Assembly (NCBI GenBank): GCA_963806185.1
Contig: CAWDXE010000007.1
Location: 544,001-608,000 of the forward strand
Direction: 5' to 3'
Origin: an uncultured candidate division Zixibacteria bacterium
Lineage (GTDB): Bacteria; Zixibacteria; MSB-5A5; GN15; FEB-12
Length of the DNA: 64,000 bases
The notes under the pieces are model-generated. The model had not been told where the DNA came from and searched no databases. It saw only the letters and a list, made by a program, of their open reading frames with translations. The position numbers and the translations under genes are program-made. Every line of letters begins with the position of its first letter. The stretch's first letter is position 1. Below are positions 60,943 to 64,000 of this stretch, in pieces.

Positions 60943-61544
60943 ATGTCGGGTACTGACAATATGCAAGACAAGATACAGCAGGAGATCGCCGACCTTACGC
61001 AGTCGATCACCGCACTGGTGGAAAGCGTGCGCAAACTGCGCAATCCGCTGTCAGAATCGCAAGAGAAAGGTGCCGCAGGCGACCAACCAGCTCGATAAGA
61101 TCAGCGAGCAGACGGAGAACGCCACCCACCAGATGCTGGATCATGTCGAAAGGATCACCCAGCGCGAAGAAGAGATGATCAAGGGGCTTGACATCGCTCA
61201 GGAAATCGCCGCGCGCATCAACGACGGCGAACTGACCGTCGCTCACCGGGAAACTGGTGGACAACGCCAATACGAATCTGAACGACGCGTTTGCGCTGAT
61301 GGATGCCCTGCAGTTCCAGGATATCACGAGCCAGCAGATGGATCACGCGGCGGCGCTGCTGGAGGAGATCGAATCGCGGCTGCACATGCGTGCTGAAGAC
61401 TATCGGCGGCGAGCGGCTGCGGAGATCGTCGCGTCGAACCGTCCGAAAAAGGCACGCGCCTATGATCCGCATGCCGACCTGTTCGAACGCAAGACCGAAC
61501 AGAAAGAGATTGACACTCTGTTTGCGCAAGCCAAGCCGAAGTGA
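60943..61544 (+). CDS. cheZ: CheZ-like phosphatase (frameshifted)
   Basis: QLDKISEQTENATHQMLD and ALQFQDITSQQ (DxxxQ) motifs; AAGGAGG RBS. Confidence 0.8.
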
Positions 61545-61561
61545 AGGGGGGGAGTACGACG

Positions 61562-63387
61562 GTGAGTAACGAAATCGAATCCGATCTGGACGAGATGAAG
61601 GAAATCATCGACGAGTTTCTGATCGAAGCCGATGAGCTCATTCATACGCTCGACACGGATCTGGTCAAGCTCGAGTCGACACCACGCGATCTCGATCTGC
61701 TCAATTCCATTTTCCGGGCTGCGCACACCATCAAGGGGACCTCCAGTTTCCTGGGCTTTGAGCAGGTCACGAGCCTGACGCACAAGATGGAGGATATTCT
61801 GAACCGGCTGCGCAAGTCGGAGATGGTGGTCACGCCCACGATCATGGACATTCTGCTGGAATCGGTCGACGTCCTGAAAGTGCTGCTCGAAAATGTCCGC
61901 GAGCATGTGACCGAGGAAGTCGATCTGACCGGACATCTCGCAACCGTCTCAACGGTCGCCCTGTCCAGTCAGGACGAGCCGCGGCCGCGCCTGCGGTGCA
62001 GGCGTCAGTCTCCAGCAACGACCCGGCCAGAACACTCGAACAGCCGGCCGCATCGGCGATTGACGTCGACGCAACGCCGATGGAAGCGAGTCCGACGCCA
62101 GACGAGTCAAGGCAAAGCAATGACGCGCCGGGCAACGGAAATCGAGCGCCGAAACTAAGGGCGATCAGACGATTCGCGTCGACATTGGCCGGCTCGATCA
62201 ACTCATGAACCTGATGGGTGAACTGGTGCTCGGTCGCAATGCCCTGGTTCAGTCGCTCAATCGGCTCAATGTCGAAGGCCAAGGGACAGGGCGACGGCAA
62301 GCTCGAGCATAATGAATCGGGCGGCGGCCTCGGTCAGCTACATCACCACCGAACTTCAGCTGGCCGTGATGAAGATGCGGATGCAGCCGATCGGCAAGGT
62401 CTTCGGCAAATTCCCGCGGCTGGTGCGGGATCTGTCGCGCGACTCGAAGAAGGAAATCGATCTGGTCATCTCCGGCGAGACGACCGAGCTCGACAAGTCG
62501 GTGATCGAAGAGATCGGCGATCCGCTGGTGCACATCCTCCGCAACTCGTGCGATCACGGCATCGAGTCTCCGGCCGACCGGTCGGCCAAGGGTAAACCCG
62601 GCCAGAGGGAACGATTCGATCTCTCGGCGTTTCAGGAAGGTTCGAACATCGTCATCCGCATCGAGGACGACGGCAAGGGTTTCGATGTCGTGGCGATTCG
62701 GGACAAAGCGGTGGAGCGGGGACTGGCCACGCGCGCGGATGTCGACAAGATGCCGGATCGGGACGTGTTCAAGTATATTTTTGAAGCGGGATTCTCGACC
62801 GCCAAGGTGGTTACCGACGTCTCCGGTCGCGGCGTCGGCATGGATGTCGTCCGGACCAATATCGAAAAGCTTAACGGTCTCATCGAACTTGATTCGGCCA
62901 AGGACGCAGGCACCTCGATCACGATTAAGCTGCCGCTGACGCTGGCTATCATTCAGGGTCTGCTGGTGCAGTCGCGATGACGAGATCTTCATCCTGCCGC
63001 TGTCGTCGGTTCACGAGACGGTACGACCGACTCACACTGACATCAGTTATGTCAATCAGACGACCGGTGCTGCGACTCCGCGACGAGATCATCCCGATCG
63101 ATCAATCTCAACCGGATCATTCGAGGCGACGCTCGCGGTTTCGTCATGGCCGAGAAGCCGTACATCGTGGTCGTCGGCCTGGCCGACAGAAACTGGGCAT
63201 CAACATCGACAGATTCCTGGGTCAGGAAGAGGTGGTGATCAAGTCGCTGGGCACGTATCTCGGCTCGACCGAGGGAGTGGCCGGTGCGACGATTCTGGGC
63301 GACGGCCGGATTCGACTGATTGTCGATCTCATGGGACTATTCAACATGGCCGAGAAAACTGCGATAGGAATGCGTCGTGGCGATTGA
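61562..63387 (+). CDS. cheA: Chemotaxis histidine kinase CheA (frameshifted)
   Basis: Hpt FRAAHTIKG, TIRVD...LMNLMGEL, HILRNSCDHGIE, SGRGVGMDVV and CheW-like GATILGDG. Confidence 0.92.
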
Positions 63388-64000
63388 AACCAAACCTGAA
63401 GTGACGGTAGTCGTGGTCGATGATTCCGCGTTCATGCGGAAAGCGATCACCATGATGCTGGAGTCCGACCCGACGATCAAGGTGATCGGGACAGCCCGCG
63501 ACGGCGAGGAAGGGGTGGAGAAGGTCCGCCGGCTCAAGCCCGATCTGGTGACGATGGATATCGAGATGCCGCGGATGGACGGTCTGACGGCTCTTCGCGC
63601 AGATCATGTCCACCAATCCGGTGCCGGTGATGATGATTTCATCGATTACCACCGAGGGGCGCAGGCTACGCTTGATGCGCTCGAACTGGGAGCGGTGGAC
63701 TTCATTCCCAAGCAGATGTCTTTCGTCAGTCTGGACATCGTGAAGATCAAGGACGAGCTGCTTCAGAAGATCAAGCATATCGTAAAGCGTAAATCGATCC
63801 TCATGGCGAGATATCGGACGCGGGCCGGTTTCCGTGCTGTCACCGGTCAACAGGCTCCTGGGGCGACGGCCAAGTCGCTAATCCGGCCCTCAGACAAACC
63901 GGTGGAGTCCGCCAAGGCATTGATCAAACGCCATCACAACGTCAATCTGATTGCCATAGGTTCCTCTACCGGCGGTCCGCCTGCGCTTCAGTCGGTCATA
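63377..64000 (+). CDS. cheB: Chemotaxis methylesterase CheB (frameshifted, truncated by window end)
   Basis: VVDDSAFMRK, PDLVTMDIEMPRMDG and AIGSSTGGPPAL; not in ORF track. Confidence 0.9.
   Translation, partial: MAIETKPEVTVVVVDDSAFMRKAITMMLESDPTIKVIGTARDGEEGVEKVRRLKPDLVTMDIEMPRMDGLTALRADHVHQSGAGDDDFIDYHRGAQATLDALELGAVDFIPKQMSFVSLDIVKIKDELLQKIKHIVKRKSILMARYRTRAGFRAVTGQQAPGATAKSLIRPSDKPVESAKALIKRHHNVNLIAIGSSTGGPPALQSVI

Overview
Bacterial chromosomal window with no mobile element or CRISPR array detected. The Cys-containing dockerin-like tail, the FlgD/T9SS-like C-terminal domain and the overall gene content suggest an FCB-group lineage such as candidate Zixibacteria (inference only). Housekeeping blocks: dnaJ-prmA-rsmE-pilD, efp-rnhC, an FMN-riboswitch-controlled ribD-ribE-ribBA-ribH-nusB operon, tatC, tRNA-Gly(CCC) and DUF512-der. 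Other blocks: a glycosylation cluster (DUF2723 GT-C, GT4, UPF0104), a type IV (MSHA-like) pilus operon, secreted metalloproteases, a WYL regulator pair, three tandem DUF1573 paralogues, and a partner-switching plus chemosensory operon that runs off the end. Most notable: (1) the middle DUF1573 gene has an in-frame TGA exactly where both neighbours have Cys (PG-U-GC versus PGCGC), followed by a SECIS-like hairpin, i.e. a probable selenoprotein split by the ORF caller; (2) a PafBC-type palindrome/promoter between the two WYL-locus genes; (3) sigma28-like promoters ahead of pilus and chemosensory genes, and sigma54-like promoters ahead of envelope genes. Dense frameshifts at about 17.2 kb, 24.6-25.8 kb and 59.4-63.7 kb look like sequencing or assembly errors. 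All product calls come from motif recognition by eye; no database search was run.
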